Origin: Hydrurus foetidus
Lineage: Eukaryota
Direction of reading: 5' to 3'
Assembly (NCBI GenBank): GCA_900617105.1
Contig: UYFQ01000006.1
Location: 62,001-126,000, forward strand
DNA: 64,000 bases
Shown: piece after piece, positions 28,237 to 36,486 of the stretch
Layout: every line of letters starts with the position of its first letter
Numbering within the stretch: the first letter of the stretch is position 1
Notes under the pieces: model-generated
What the model was told of the DNA's origin: nothing
The model's database searches: none
Seen by the model: only the letters and a program-made list of their open reading frames with translations
Translations under genes and position numbers: made by a program

Positions 28237-28953
28237 ATGAACTGCACGATAAAAAAAGTACCGTCGCAAATCGGCAGGCGAAGCGGAGGCATGGTCCGCA
28301 CCGCTATAGCCTGTGCGGCACTGCTGGCCAGCATGTGGGCGCTACCCGCCGCTGCGCAAGACGCTGATTTGCGGGTTTCGCACACCGCTGTGTCCGCTGG
28401 GGCTGATGGCGTGAAGCGCACGACCGAGTTCACCGAACGCGTCGTGCGCCGCCAAGACCAAGTGTGGGTCGAACGTGTGGTGCCTGAAGGTTGGCACACC
28501 CATGACGAGCACAGCAAGGCCAACAAATCACACAAGCACCTGGACACCTCCGCTGCGGCACGCTGGATCACCCGCAGCGCCGATGGCACAGCCGGTGTGC
28601 GGCTGGCCTCACGAGAGGACAAAGTGCTCGTCGAGATTGCCAAGACAGATTTTGAGAACGTGGGTTTTGATGGCTCGTGGGCTGCCGCCTACTACCTGAT
28701 TGACCCCGCCGCACTCATACGCATGAAGGTCAGCGCCACGCAAGGTGACTTGGTGACGTACACCAGCGCGGAAGCCAACCGCCAACTCAAAATCGTCTGG
28801 AACGCCAAACTCAAATTGCCGCTGCTGGTGGAATCGCGCAGTGGCGCGTCAAGCAAACGCACCACCGTGGAAGTCGCAGCAGCGTCGAAAACCGTGCCCT
28901 GGGATAGCGTGAAAAGCTACGCCCGCAAGGATTACGCGGATTACTTGGATTGA
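28237..28953 (+). CDS. Exported hypothetical protein with His-rich loop
   Basis: Signal peptide (start possibly 28291); HTHDEHSKANKSHKH; 5 bp after second phoA. Confidence 0.75.
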   Translation: MNCTIKKVPSQIGRRSGGMVRTAIACAALLASMWALPAAAQDADLRVSHTAVSAGADGVKRTTEFTERVVRRQDQVWVERVVPEGWHTHDEHSKANKSHKHLDTSAAARWITRSADGTAGVRLASREDKVLVEIAKTDFENVGFDGSWAAAYYLIDPAALIRMKVSATQGDLVTYTSAEANRQLKIVWNAKLKLPLLVESRSGASSKRTTVEVAAASKTVPWDSVKSYARKDYADYLD

Positions 28954-28980
28954 GAGAGGGAGAGGGAGAGGGAGAGGGGG
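28954..28980 (+). repeat. (GAGAGG)4 polypurine tract / G-quadruplex motif
   Basis: GGG AGA GGG AGA GGG AGA GGGGG at 28958-28980 between convergent stops. Confidence 0.7.
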
Positions 28981-28999
28981 CGGAGAAGGGGACGCGGCA

Positions 29000-30151
29000 T
29001 CAAGGCAGCAGCGCCCACAGTGGAACCGCTTCAACCCCCTCTGCCAACGCATAGCGGTGCAGCCCTGGGTAGACCACATACAAGGCATCGAGTTTTAAAT
29101 CAGCTATCGCAATGCGCATGCTGGGGGTGACGCGAGGCGCATCGGCACGTTTAAATTCCACGCCGATGCGCTGGCTGCCTTTGAACATCAACAAATCAAG
29201 CTCTGCCCCTTGGTGGGTGGCCCAAAAGTAGGCTTGATCAGGCTTGGCGATACGCAAAATTTGCTCTAGCGCAAACCCCTCCCAACTGGCACCGCATTGG
29301 GGATGCGTGAGCAGCTGCGGCAAGGTCTGGATGCCCATCAAAGCGTGCAAAAAACCGGTGTCTCGAAAGTAAATTTTGGGGGCTTTGACTTGCCGTTTGC
29401 CCAAATTTTCATGCCATGGTTGCAGTTGACGCACCATCAGTGTTTGGGTCAGTGTGTCCAGGTAGCGGCGAATGGTGCTCTCAGACACGCCCATCGACTG
29501 GGCAGACGGTGCTGCCGACCACGTTTGCCCGTGATAGTGCGTCAGCATCGCCCAAAATCGCAGCATGGCGGGGGCGGCAATGTTGAGGCCAAACTGCGGC
29601 ATGTCCACCCGCACATGGTCTGTGACCGCTTGCGAACACCACACAAAACTGTTTTCATCTGAAGCCGCCAAGTAGGCACGCGGGAAACCGCCACGCAGCC
29701 ACAAGCGTTGCGCATCCTCAGCGCTGTAGCCTCCGGCATGGGCGCTGATTTCTTGCAGATCAAAGCCACCCACATCCACAGTTTCTACACGTCCCAGCAG
29801 GGACTCCCCCGCCTGACGCAGCAAGACCGGGGAGGCACTGCCCAGCAACAAAAACTGCCCTGGCGCATCACTGCGATCCATCAAGACGCGCAGCAAAGGG
29901 AATAAATCAGGTTTGAGCTGAACTTCATCAATCACCACCAAGCCTTTGAGCGACTCCAGGGTGTACACCGCTTGCTCCAGTCGTTGGGCGTGAGGAGGGT
30001 ATTCCAGATCGAAATAATTGGGGGATTCACGGCTCAAGAACACCTGCGCAAGTGTGCTTTTCCCTGATTGGCGTGGGCCGCTGAGCACCACACCACGCGA
30101 GCGATCGAGTGCTTTTCGGATGGTTTTTTCAAGGGCGCTGCGATTTATCAT
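29000..30151 (-). CDS. AAA+ ATPase (AAA_14) with DUF4143 / PD-(D/E)xK-like C-terminus
   Basis: GPRQSGKST, VVIDEVQ, LLGSAS, GGFP, PKIYFRDTG, ELDLL...GVEFK. Confidence 0.9.
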   Translation of the reverse strand: MINRSALEKTIRKALDRSRGVVLSGPRQSGKSTLAQVFLSRESPNYFDLEYPPHAQRLEQAVYTLESLKGLVVIDEVQLKPDLFPLLRVLMDRSDAPGQFLLLGSASPVLLRQAGESLLGRVETVDVGGFDLQEISAHAGGYSAEDAQRLWLRGGFPRAYLAASDENSFVWCSQAVTDHVRVDMPQFGLNIAAPAMLRFWAMLTHYHGQTWSAAPSAQSMGVSESTIRRYLDTLTQTLMVRQLQPWHENLGKRQVKAPKIYFRDTGFLHALMGIQTLPQLLTHPQCGASWEGFALEQILRIAKPDQAYFWATHQGAELDLLMFKGSQRIGVEFKRADAPRVTPSMRIAIADLKLDALYVVYPGLHRYALAEGVEAVPLWALLP

Positions 30152-30188
30152 AGCCGCATGGTAAATGAATTTAGAGAAATCCAAATCA

Positions 30189-30235
30189 AAACACCATGAA
30201 ATTCCCGCATCTCATGCTCGAATTTCATGGTGTTT
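30189..30235. repeat. Perfect 16-bp inverted repeat upstream of AAA+/DUF4143 gene
   Basis: aaacaccatgaaattc-N15-gaatttcatggtgttt. Confidence 0.85.
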
Positions 30236-30482
30236 CATAATTCAAGGTACCCGACATCTAAGGAGCAAGGTCAATCGGATCTACGCCGATGGCCATATTC
30301 CGGGCTGATTTCAAGCCGGTTTTAGCCCAAGCTTGGCTGCCGACTCTTTCCAACGCGCATCGCGCGAGGTGAGAATTTCCAGAACAGTAGCAGCGATTTC
30401 CTTCAGATCCTTGCCATTCGGGTCGTCCTGCGGTTTCAGGCTGCGCAGGCGTTCTCACTGTCTGCCCGTCCATGGCCGCTAC

Positions 30483-30626
30483 GGCGGGCAAGGCACTGTC
30501 AACGCCATCAAACAATCCGCTGAATTTGGCGTGCGAAAAGCTGACAAAATCATGGTGAAAATGCACGCCCTGCCGATCAACGACTTCATGACGACGAACG
30601 GCGAACTGCGCATAGACGGGCGCGTG
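30483..30626 (+). pseudogene. Remnant of Leu/Ile/Val-type ABC substrate-binding protein gene
   Basis: GGQGTVNAIKQSAEFGV fused directly to KMHALPINDFMTTNGELRIDGRV, two segments normally far apart; no start or signal peptide. Confidence 0.55.
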
Positions 30627-30665
30627 GCCCCTGGCACGCAGACTTTACAGCTCTGAAAGATCACC

Positions 30666-31727
30666 ATGATCAGCTATGAAATTCAAGCCTTCGGAACACC
30701 GCTAGTCCGAGCAGAACGACCAACCCCAACGCCGCAAGCCCATGAGGTTCTGCTACAGGTACAGGCGGCCGGGGTATGCCATACCGACATCCACACCTGG
30801 CACGGCTGGTATGACCTGGGCGGCGGCAAGCGCCTGACCATGGGCGACAGAGGTGTCACCCTGCCCTTGACCTTGGGCCACGAAATTGTGGGCAAGCTGG
30901 TGGCCACTGGCGCCGACAGCAAGGGTGCTGAAATGGGACGCAACTACCTGGTCTACCCCTGGCTGGGTTGCGGTACTTGCAAAGTATGCCGCCGTGGACA
31001 AGAGCAACTGTGCCCTGCACCTCGGTTTTTAGGTATCTTCCGTGCGGGCGGTTACAGCGACCATGTGATGGTTCCCGATGCCAAGTATTTGATCGACATC
31101 GGTGACATGCCCCCGGCACAAGCCGCGCCTTATGCCTGCTCAGGCCTGACCACCTTCACCGCCATCAAAAAAATTAAACCCACCATCCTGCAAGAAGAAC
31201 CCGTGGTGGTCGTGGGTGCCGGCGGCTTGGGGCTGATGTGTATCGGCTTATTGAAAGCCATGGGCAGCGTGGGTGTAGTGGTGGTTGAAACGAATGCCGA
31301 ACGGCGTGCAGCCGCTATCGCCGCCGGGGCCATAGCCGCCATCGACCCTGCGGCTCCCAATGCAGTCGCACAATGCAAAACAGCCTTGGGGAGTGCTGCC
31401 TGGGCCGTGATTGACTGTGTCGGTTCCGGCCAAACGGTGCAGCTGTCGCTCGACCTACTTATCAAAGGCGGACAGTTGATTGTGGTGGGATTGTTCGGTG
31501 GCGAAATAACCCTACCCACACCCACCCTGCCGATGCGCGCTATCAGCATGGAAGGCTCTTATGTCGGCAACATCGCTGACCTGCGCGAATTGATTGCCTT
31601 GGTCAATTCCCAAAAAATTCAGCCCCTTCCGACCCAATGCTGCGACCTGCACCAAGCCTCCTTGGCCCTCCAGGATCTGGAAATGGGCAAAGTCATTGGC
31701 CGTTTGATTCTCCAACCCGGTGCATAA
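30666..31727 (+). CDS. Zn-dependent alcohol dehydrogenase (MDR)
   Basis: GVCHTD, GHE, CGTCKVC...C, GAGGLG. Confidence 0.95.
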   Translation: MISYEIQAFGTPLVRAERPTPTPQAHEVLLQVQAAGVCHTDIHTWHGWYDLGGGKRLTMGDRGVTLPLTLGHEIVGKLVATGADSKGAEMGRNYLVYPWLGCGTCKVCRRGQEQLCPAPRFLGIFRAGGYSDHVMVPDAKYLIDIGDMPPAQAAPYACSGLTTFTAIKKIKPTILQEEPVVVVGAGGLGLMCIGLLKAMGSVGVVVVETNAERRAAAIAAGAIAAIDPAAPNAVAQCKTALGSAAWAVIDCVGSGQTVQLSLDLLIKGGQLIVVGLFGGEITLPTPTLPMRAISMEGSYVGNIADLRELIALVNSQKIQPLPTQCCDLHQASLALQDLEMGKVIGRLILQPGA

Positions 31728-31762
31728 GATCAACGCCAAAGAATGAAGCAGCACACCATGCG

Positions 31763-32293
31763 CTAAACCGCCTTAGGCGTGTGCGATGGCAGAGGGTTGG
31801 CACTGGCTGACCTCAACCGCATCGCCTGCCGAACCTCAAGGCGCAGACCCAGTCCAAAAGCCGCTTCCGCTACGATGAACAAGGGGCCAATCAACAGGCC
31901 AATCACGTCATCGACAAACGCGGGTTTTCGCCCCTCGAAGTAATGGCCGATGAACTGAATGACCCAGCCTAAGCCAAACAAGCCCACACCCCAGGCCAAC
32001 CAGACGGCCGTGCTACAACCCACCGTTTGCGCAGCCACCCAGGCACAGACGGCGAACAGCGCCACCATCACCGCGCCAAAGCGCAAATCCATGCGCAAGT
32101 AGTAAACAAGAACGGGCAGCATCACCAGAATGGCCGGGGTCAGAGGCCATTCCCCCAGCATGAACACAGGGCGTGACAGCAAAATTACCACCGCCAACAC
32201 AATCATCGGCACCCCCACAAAATGCGTGGCGATATTGCGGGCATCTTGGTGGTAAGCCGCGTATTGGCTCAAGTTTTCGGTCAATGTTTTCAC
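31763..32293 (-). CDS. DUF962 / Mpo1-like membrane protein
   Basis: YHQDARNIATHFVGVP, QFIGHYFEGRKPA. Confidence 0.9.
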   Translation of the reverse strand: MKTLTENLSQYAAYHQDARNIATHFVGVPMIVLAVVILLSRPVFMLGEWPLTPAILVMLPVLVYYLRMDLRFGAVMVALFAVCAWVAAQTVGCSTAVWLAWGVGLFGLGWVIQFIGHYFEGRKPAFVDDVIGLLIGPLFIVAEAAFGLGLRLEVRQAMRLRSASANPLPSHTPKAV

Positions 32294-32311
32294 AGCATGT
32301 GCTCCGTGTTG

Positions 32312-32803
32312 TCAAGAAACGATATACGCCCCAGCGCCAGTGGAAAGCAGCTTGCCATCTGCGCCCACAAACTCCATGCGCGTGGATGCCACCCGCGACC
32401 CCAGGCGCATCACCTCGGCCCGCAACTCAAAATAATCGCCAATGCCGGGCCGCAAGTAATCGATACGCAAGTCGATGGTACCCAGCTTGCCAAAGCGCTC
32501 CAACCGTTTGGCAGGCGATTCGTCCATGTGCCGTGCGCCGATAGCGGCCATCACCGCCAACCCACCCATCGCGTCCAGCCCCGCACTGATAACCCCACCG
32601 TGCAAACGGTGGTGGTCATAGTGGCCAATCAAGTCGTTACGCATGTCAATGCGCGCCGTCACGCGCTCGGGGGTGATGCTGGTGATCTTCAAACCCAGCA
32701 CGCGGTTGAAGACGATTTTTTCTTCAAAAATCTCACGCAAACCCTCGATGAATTCCGGTTCAAAAACAACAGTTTCGATAAGGGTCTTTTTCATGCGTTC
32801 CAT
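32312..32803 (-). CDS. PaaI-family (hotdog) thioesterase
   Basis: LHGGVISAGLD, GTIDLRIDYLRPG; start 32803 or 32794. Confidence 0.88.
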   Translation of the reverse strand: MERMKKTLIETVVFEPEFIEGLREIFEEKIVFNRVLGLKITSITPERVTARIDMRNDLIGHYDHHRLHGGVISAGLDAMGGLAVMAAIGARHMDESPAKRLERFGKLGTIDLRIDYLRPGIGDYFELRAEVMRLGSRVASTRMEFVGADGKLLSTGAGAYIVS

Positions 32804-32835
32804 TGTCGCGCAGTCCTTGCACCAGGCGCAGCACA

Positions 32836-32866
32836 TTGACACTCACGTTACGTCAGGGTTGATACT
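32836..32866 (+). promoter_or_regulatory. MerR-type promoter (19-bp spacer) of merR gene
   Basis: TTGACA-ctcacgttacgtcagggtt-GATACT with internal dyad. Confidence 0.75.
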
Positions 32867-32894
32867 TGGTGCAGCACCTTCAGGAGAATGCCCC

Positions 32895-33926
32895 TTGCTG
32901 ATCAAAGTAGGCGAGCTCGCCACCCGCACCAACCAGACGGTGCGCACCTTGCACCATTACGACGCCATTGGCCTGCTGACCCCTTCTGCACGCTCTGACG
33001 CAGGCTATCGGCTGTACGACCAGCACGACGTAGCGCGTCTGCACGCGGTATTGGCATTGCGGCAGTTTGGACTTGCACTGAACGAAATTGCCGACATGCT
33101 CAACGGCCAGGGACTCGCCTTGACCGATATTTTGTCCCGCCAGATTCGTGTGATCGACCAGCACATGGCGCAATCTGCATCCTTGCGTGGTCGGCTGGAG
33201 CTCCTGCAAAGTCAGTTGTCAAAAGGGACTGAGCCAGACATGAACGAATGGCTGCGCACGCTTGCACGCATGAACGCCTTCCACAAATACCTGACACCAC
33301 CAGAGCTCAAACGCATATTGGATCGGCAAGCGCAAACAGGGCCCGACTGGAATCACCTGTTTGTGGATGTGCAAGCAGCCATGGATCAAGGGCACGCGCC
33401 AGATTCCCCCCCAGTGCAACTGCTTGCCCAACGCTGGATCAGCTTGATGATTGACTGGATGGACGGCGATTTTGAACTCATGGAGCGCTGGGGCGAGGCC
33501 TACCGCAACGAGCCTTTGGCCTATACGCCCCAATGCCCAAGCCCTGCGATGGTGGCCTTTATTGGTACTGCCACTGAATTGCACAAGCAGGCCTATTTAC
33601 GCCACCTGAGCATGGCAGAGTTGACCCAGCTTCGTCCCCTGCCTGAAGCTGACTGGGTGAAGCTGGCTCAAAAATGCCGCGAACTGAACCGCAAAGGGGA
33701 GCCACTGAGCGGCGTGGCTGCCAAACGCTTCGTTCATGCTTGGGCAAGCGATGCCTTGGCACGGGCAGGACACAGCGCAGACCTTTTGGCCAAGATTTAC
33801 CACGCCATCCGGCAAGAGCCCTTGTTGCAGATGACCGATGGCCCGCGTGAAGAAGTGCATCGCTATTTAGGCAAAGCATTGGCAGCGCAGAACCACCCAC
33901 TGGCTTTGACGGCAAAAACCACTTGA
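32895..33926 (+). CDS. MerR-family (Mta/TipA-like) regulator with TipAS-like C-terminal region
   Basis: KVGELA...TVRTLHHYDAIGLL, GYRLY; TTG start after AGGAG. Confidence 0.9.
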   Translation: MLIKVGELATRTNQTVRTLHHYDAIGLLTPSARSDAGYRLYDQHDVARLHAVLALRQFGLALNEIADMLNGQGLALTDILSRQIRVIDQHMAQSASLRGRLELLQSQLSKGTEPDMNEWLRTLARMNAFHKYLTPPELKRILDRQAQTGPDWNHLFVDVQAAMDQGHAPDSPPVQLLAQRWISLMIDWMDGDFELMERWGEAYRNEPLAYTPQCPSPAMVAFIGTATELHKQAYLRHLSMAELTQLRPLPEADWVKLAQKCRELNRKGEPLSGVAAKRFVHAWASDALARAGHSADLLAKIYHAIRQEPLLQMTDGPREEVHRYLGKALAAQNHPLALTAKTT

Positions 33927-33953
33927 CCCTGACGCAACGTCAGTGCCCAAACT
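33923..33953 (+). promoter_or_regulatory. MerR-type promoter (19-bp spacer) of MFS gene
   Basis: TTGACC-ctgacgcaacgtcagtgcc-CAAACT; perfect dyad CTGACG-caa-CGTCAG. Confidence 0.8.
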
Positions 33954-34000
33954 CCGGGTTTTGTTGGGTATGTCACCCACACCATTGAGAAGGCACTTGC

Positions 34001-35368
34001 ATGAAATCAGACTCAACCGACCCCACTCGATCCGCCTTGATGCGGGACACCAACTACCGCTGGCTGCTGAGCGGCGCCATGATCACCAACCTCGGCGACC
34101 AATTTACCTTGGTGGCTTTGCCTTGGCTGGTGCTGCAAATGACAGGAGACACCCGCGTGCTGGGTACCGTGCTGGCGCTGATAGCCGTGCCACGCGCCAT
34201 CTTCATCCTGATCGGGGGCGCCATCGTTGACCGCTATTCCCCCAAAATGGTTCTCATGCTCACCAAGTACGTCAACACGGCGCTACTGGGTTTGTTGGCC
34301 TTTTTGGTATGGGGCGAAGAGCAAAGCCTGTGGGCTGTCTATGGACTGGCACTGGGCATTGGCGTGTCAACGGCTTTCAGCATCCCGTCCGGGAGCTCCA
34401 TCCTGCCGCAAATCATCGCGCCTCAACTGCTGCATGCAGCCAACGGCATGATGCTCGGCCTTCGCCAGCTTGCCATGTTTGCCGGGCCACTGTTGGCAGG
34501 CTTGCTGATTGCGCTCTTTGGCACGAACAGCACACACGCCATATCTGACACCCGAGGCTTAGCCATAGCGTTTGGGCTTGATGCATTGAGTTTTGCAGTG
34601 TCCGCCTGGACGCTGGCACATGTCCAGTTGATGGACAGACCATCTACAGCCGCATCCGCTGGGCCTATGGCTGTGCTTTCATCCGTGGGTGCTGGCTTGC
34701 GCCATTGCTGGAATGACCATGCACTGCGCACCAGCTTCCTCTACTGGGCCGCGATGGCTATCTTCATGATTGGGCCCTTGCAAATCGCTGTACCCGTGCT
34801 CGTCAACGCGCAAGGGCTGGGTGCTGCCGCCTTGGGCATGCTCATGGGCAGCCATGGCGCGGGCATTTTGGTTGGCATGGCGGTATCTGGGGCACGCCCT
34901 CAGTGGCGGCTGCGCACCCTGGGTATGACCATGCTCGCGGCCGATGCGGTCATTGGTCTTTTGTTCATGCCCATGGGCTTGATCAGCGCAACCTGGCAGG
35001 GCGTGGTACTGATGGTATCCATTGGTGTGCTGAACGGCTTCATTCAGGTTGCCATCTTCACCTGGTTACAGCGGCGCGTTCCCCGCGCCATGATGGGTCG
35101 GGCCATGAGCCTGTTCATGTTCATCTTCATGGGGATCGTCCCCATGGCCAGTGCGGTGACGGGGTGGTTGATGCAGGCCGTGAGCTTGGCGCATCTGTTC
35201 ATGCTCTGCGGCGGTGGCCTGATCTGCATCTGCACCTTGGCGCTGGTGTTCACCGGCATCCGCACCATGACCGAAGGTGTTGATGCCAACGCGGCTACAA
35301 ACCCAGCTGCTTTGCAGCCAGCTCCTTCATCACCTCTTCAGCCCCGCCGCCAATCATCATCACCTTGA
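34001..35368 (+). CDS. MFS efflux transporter (DHA3-like)
   Basis: LGDQFTLVALPWLV, GGAIVDRY, MGRAMSL; ~12 TMs. Confidence 0.92.
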   Translation: MKSDSTDPTRSALMRDTNYRWLLSGAMITNLGDQFTLVALPWLVLQMTGDTRVLGTVLALIAVPRAIFILIGGAIVDRYSPKMVLMLTKYVNTALLGLLAFLVWGEEQSLWAVYGLALGIGVSTAFSIPSGSSILPQIIAPQLLHAANGMMLGLRQLAMFAGPLLAGLLIALFGTNSTHAISDTRGLAIAFGLDALSFAVSAWTLAHVQLMDRPSTAASAGPMAVLSSVGAGLRHCWNDHALRTSFLYWAAMAIFMIGPLQIAVPVLVNAQGLGAAALGMLMGSHGAGILVGMAVSGARPQWRLRTLGMTMLAADAVIGLLFMPMGLISATWQGVVLMVSIGVLNGFIQVAIFTWLQRRVPRAMMGRAMSLFMFIFMGIVPMASAVTGWLMQAVSLAHLFMLCGGGLICICTLALVFTGIRTMTEGVDANAATNPAALQPAPSSPLQPRRQSSSP

Positions 35369-36458
35369 CTTCCCGGTAAATGCGCTCAGCCTTGGTGCCG
35401 CGCATGAAACCCATGCCCCCCAGGATTTGCACAGCCTGGTCGGCGCAAAACTGCATGGTTTGGGTGGCGTGGTTTTTGAGCAAACAGACTTGGGCCACCC
35501 ACTCTGGCGACATATCGCCCGCATCGGCGCGGGCGGTGATGGCGTCTACCCAGGCGGTGGTGGAGGCGATGCGCATTTGCATGTCCACCAGTTTGTGGCG
35601 GATCACCTGGTGCGTGACCAAGGCTGCGCCAAAGGTTTTGCGTTGGCGTGCCCAGTCCAGTGCCTCGTCAAAGCAGGCTTGCGAAAAGCCCAGCGCCATC
35701 ACGGACATGGCAAGGCGCTCGCTGTTGAAATTGGTCATGATGATTTTGAAACCGCCGCCCTCCTCGCCCAGCAGGTAGCGAGCGGGCACACGTACCTTGT
35801 CCATGCGCAGGTGGGCGGTGTCTGAGCACCACCAGCCCATTTTTTGCAAGGGCGAACGCGATAAACCCACAGCATCGCCGGACACCACGAGCATCGAAAT
35901 ACCACCAGCACCCTTGCTACCGGCCTCACCAGTGCGCACGGCCATGGTGATCCAGTCGGCACGCATCCCTGAGGTGATGAAGACTTTTTCGCCGTTGACG
36001 AGCCAGTCGCCACTGCCATCATCGGCGCGTACAGCCGTGGTGCGCAAACTGGCCACGTCGGAACCACCGCCCGGCTCGGTGATGGCGAGAGCGGCGATCT
36101 TGTCGCCCCGCAGCACGCCGGGAATCACCTCGTGCTGCACGGCCTCGCTGCCATGGCGCAGCACGGGCGGCAAGCCGATGTTGTGCGAAAACAAGCTGGC
36201 CATCAGCCCACCGCTGCCGCTCAGGCGGCACATCACCTGGGTGACGGCGTTGCGCAGGGCGAACGAAGCCGGTATGCCACCCAACGCTTCCGGGTAGCCC
36301 ATGCCCAACAGGCCCAGTGCGGCGGCTTGTGCGTAGAGCGCTCGTGGGAACTCCCCGGCTTCGTCCCAGGCGTTGATGTGGGGCACGATTTCATCGTGCG
36401 TGAAGCGGCGTACCGCATCGGTGAGGCTTTCAATGTCAGCGCGGAGGTCGGGTGTCAT
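35295..36458 (-). CDS. Acyl-CoA dehydrogenase
   Basis: AITEPGGGSD, NGEKVFITSG, RKTFG, IGGGAEEVMK; start ATG 36458. Confidence 0.93.
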   Translation of the reverse strand: MTPDLRADIESLTDAVRRFTHDEIVPHINAWDEAGEFPRALYAQAAALGLLGMGYPEALGGIPASFALRNAVTQVMCRLSGSGGLMASLFSHNIGLPPVLRHGSEAVQHEVIPGVLRGDKIAALAITEPGGGSDVASLRTTAVRADDGSGDWLVNGEKVFITSGMRADWITMAVRTGEAGSKGAGGISMLVVSGDAVGLSRSPLQKMGWWCSDTAHLRMDKVRVPARYLLGEEGGGFKIIMTNFNSERLAMSVMALGFSQACFDEALDWARQRKTFGAALVTHQVIRHKLVDMQMRIASTTAWVDAITARADAGDMSPEWVAQVCLLKNHATQTMQFCADQAVQILGGMGFMRGTKAERIYREVKVMMIGGGAEEVMKELAAKQLGL

Positions 36459-36486
36459 GGTGATTCGTTCTGATTCATTCAGGGGG

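Noticed and set aside
32643..32894. Long N-terminal extensions in the ORF track (merR; similarly leuC, GT2, atuB, ferritin-like)
   Set aside because: They overlap neighbouring genes or promoters; downstream starts have an RBS, translational coupling or a family-typical N-terminus
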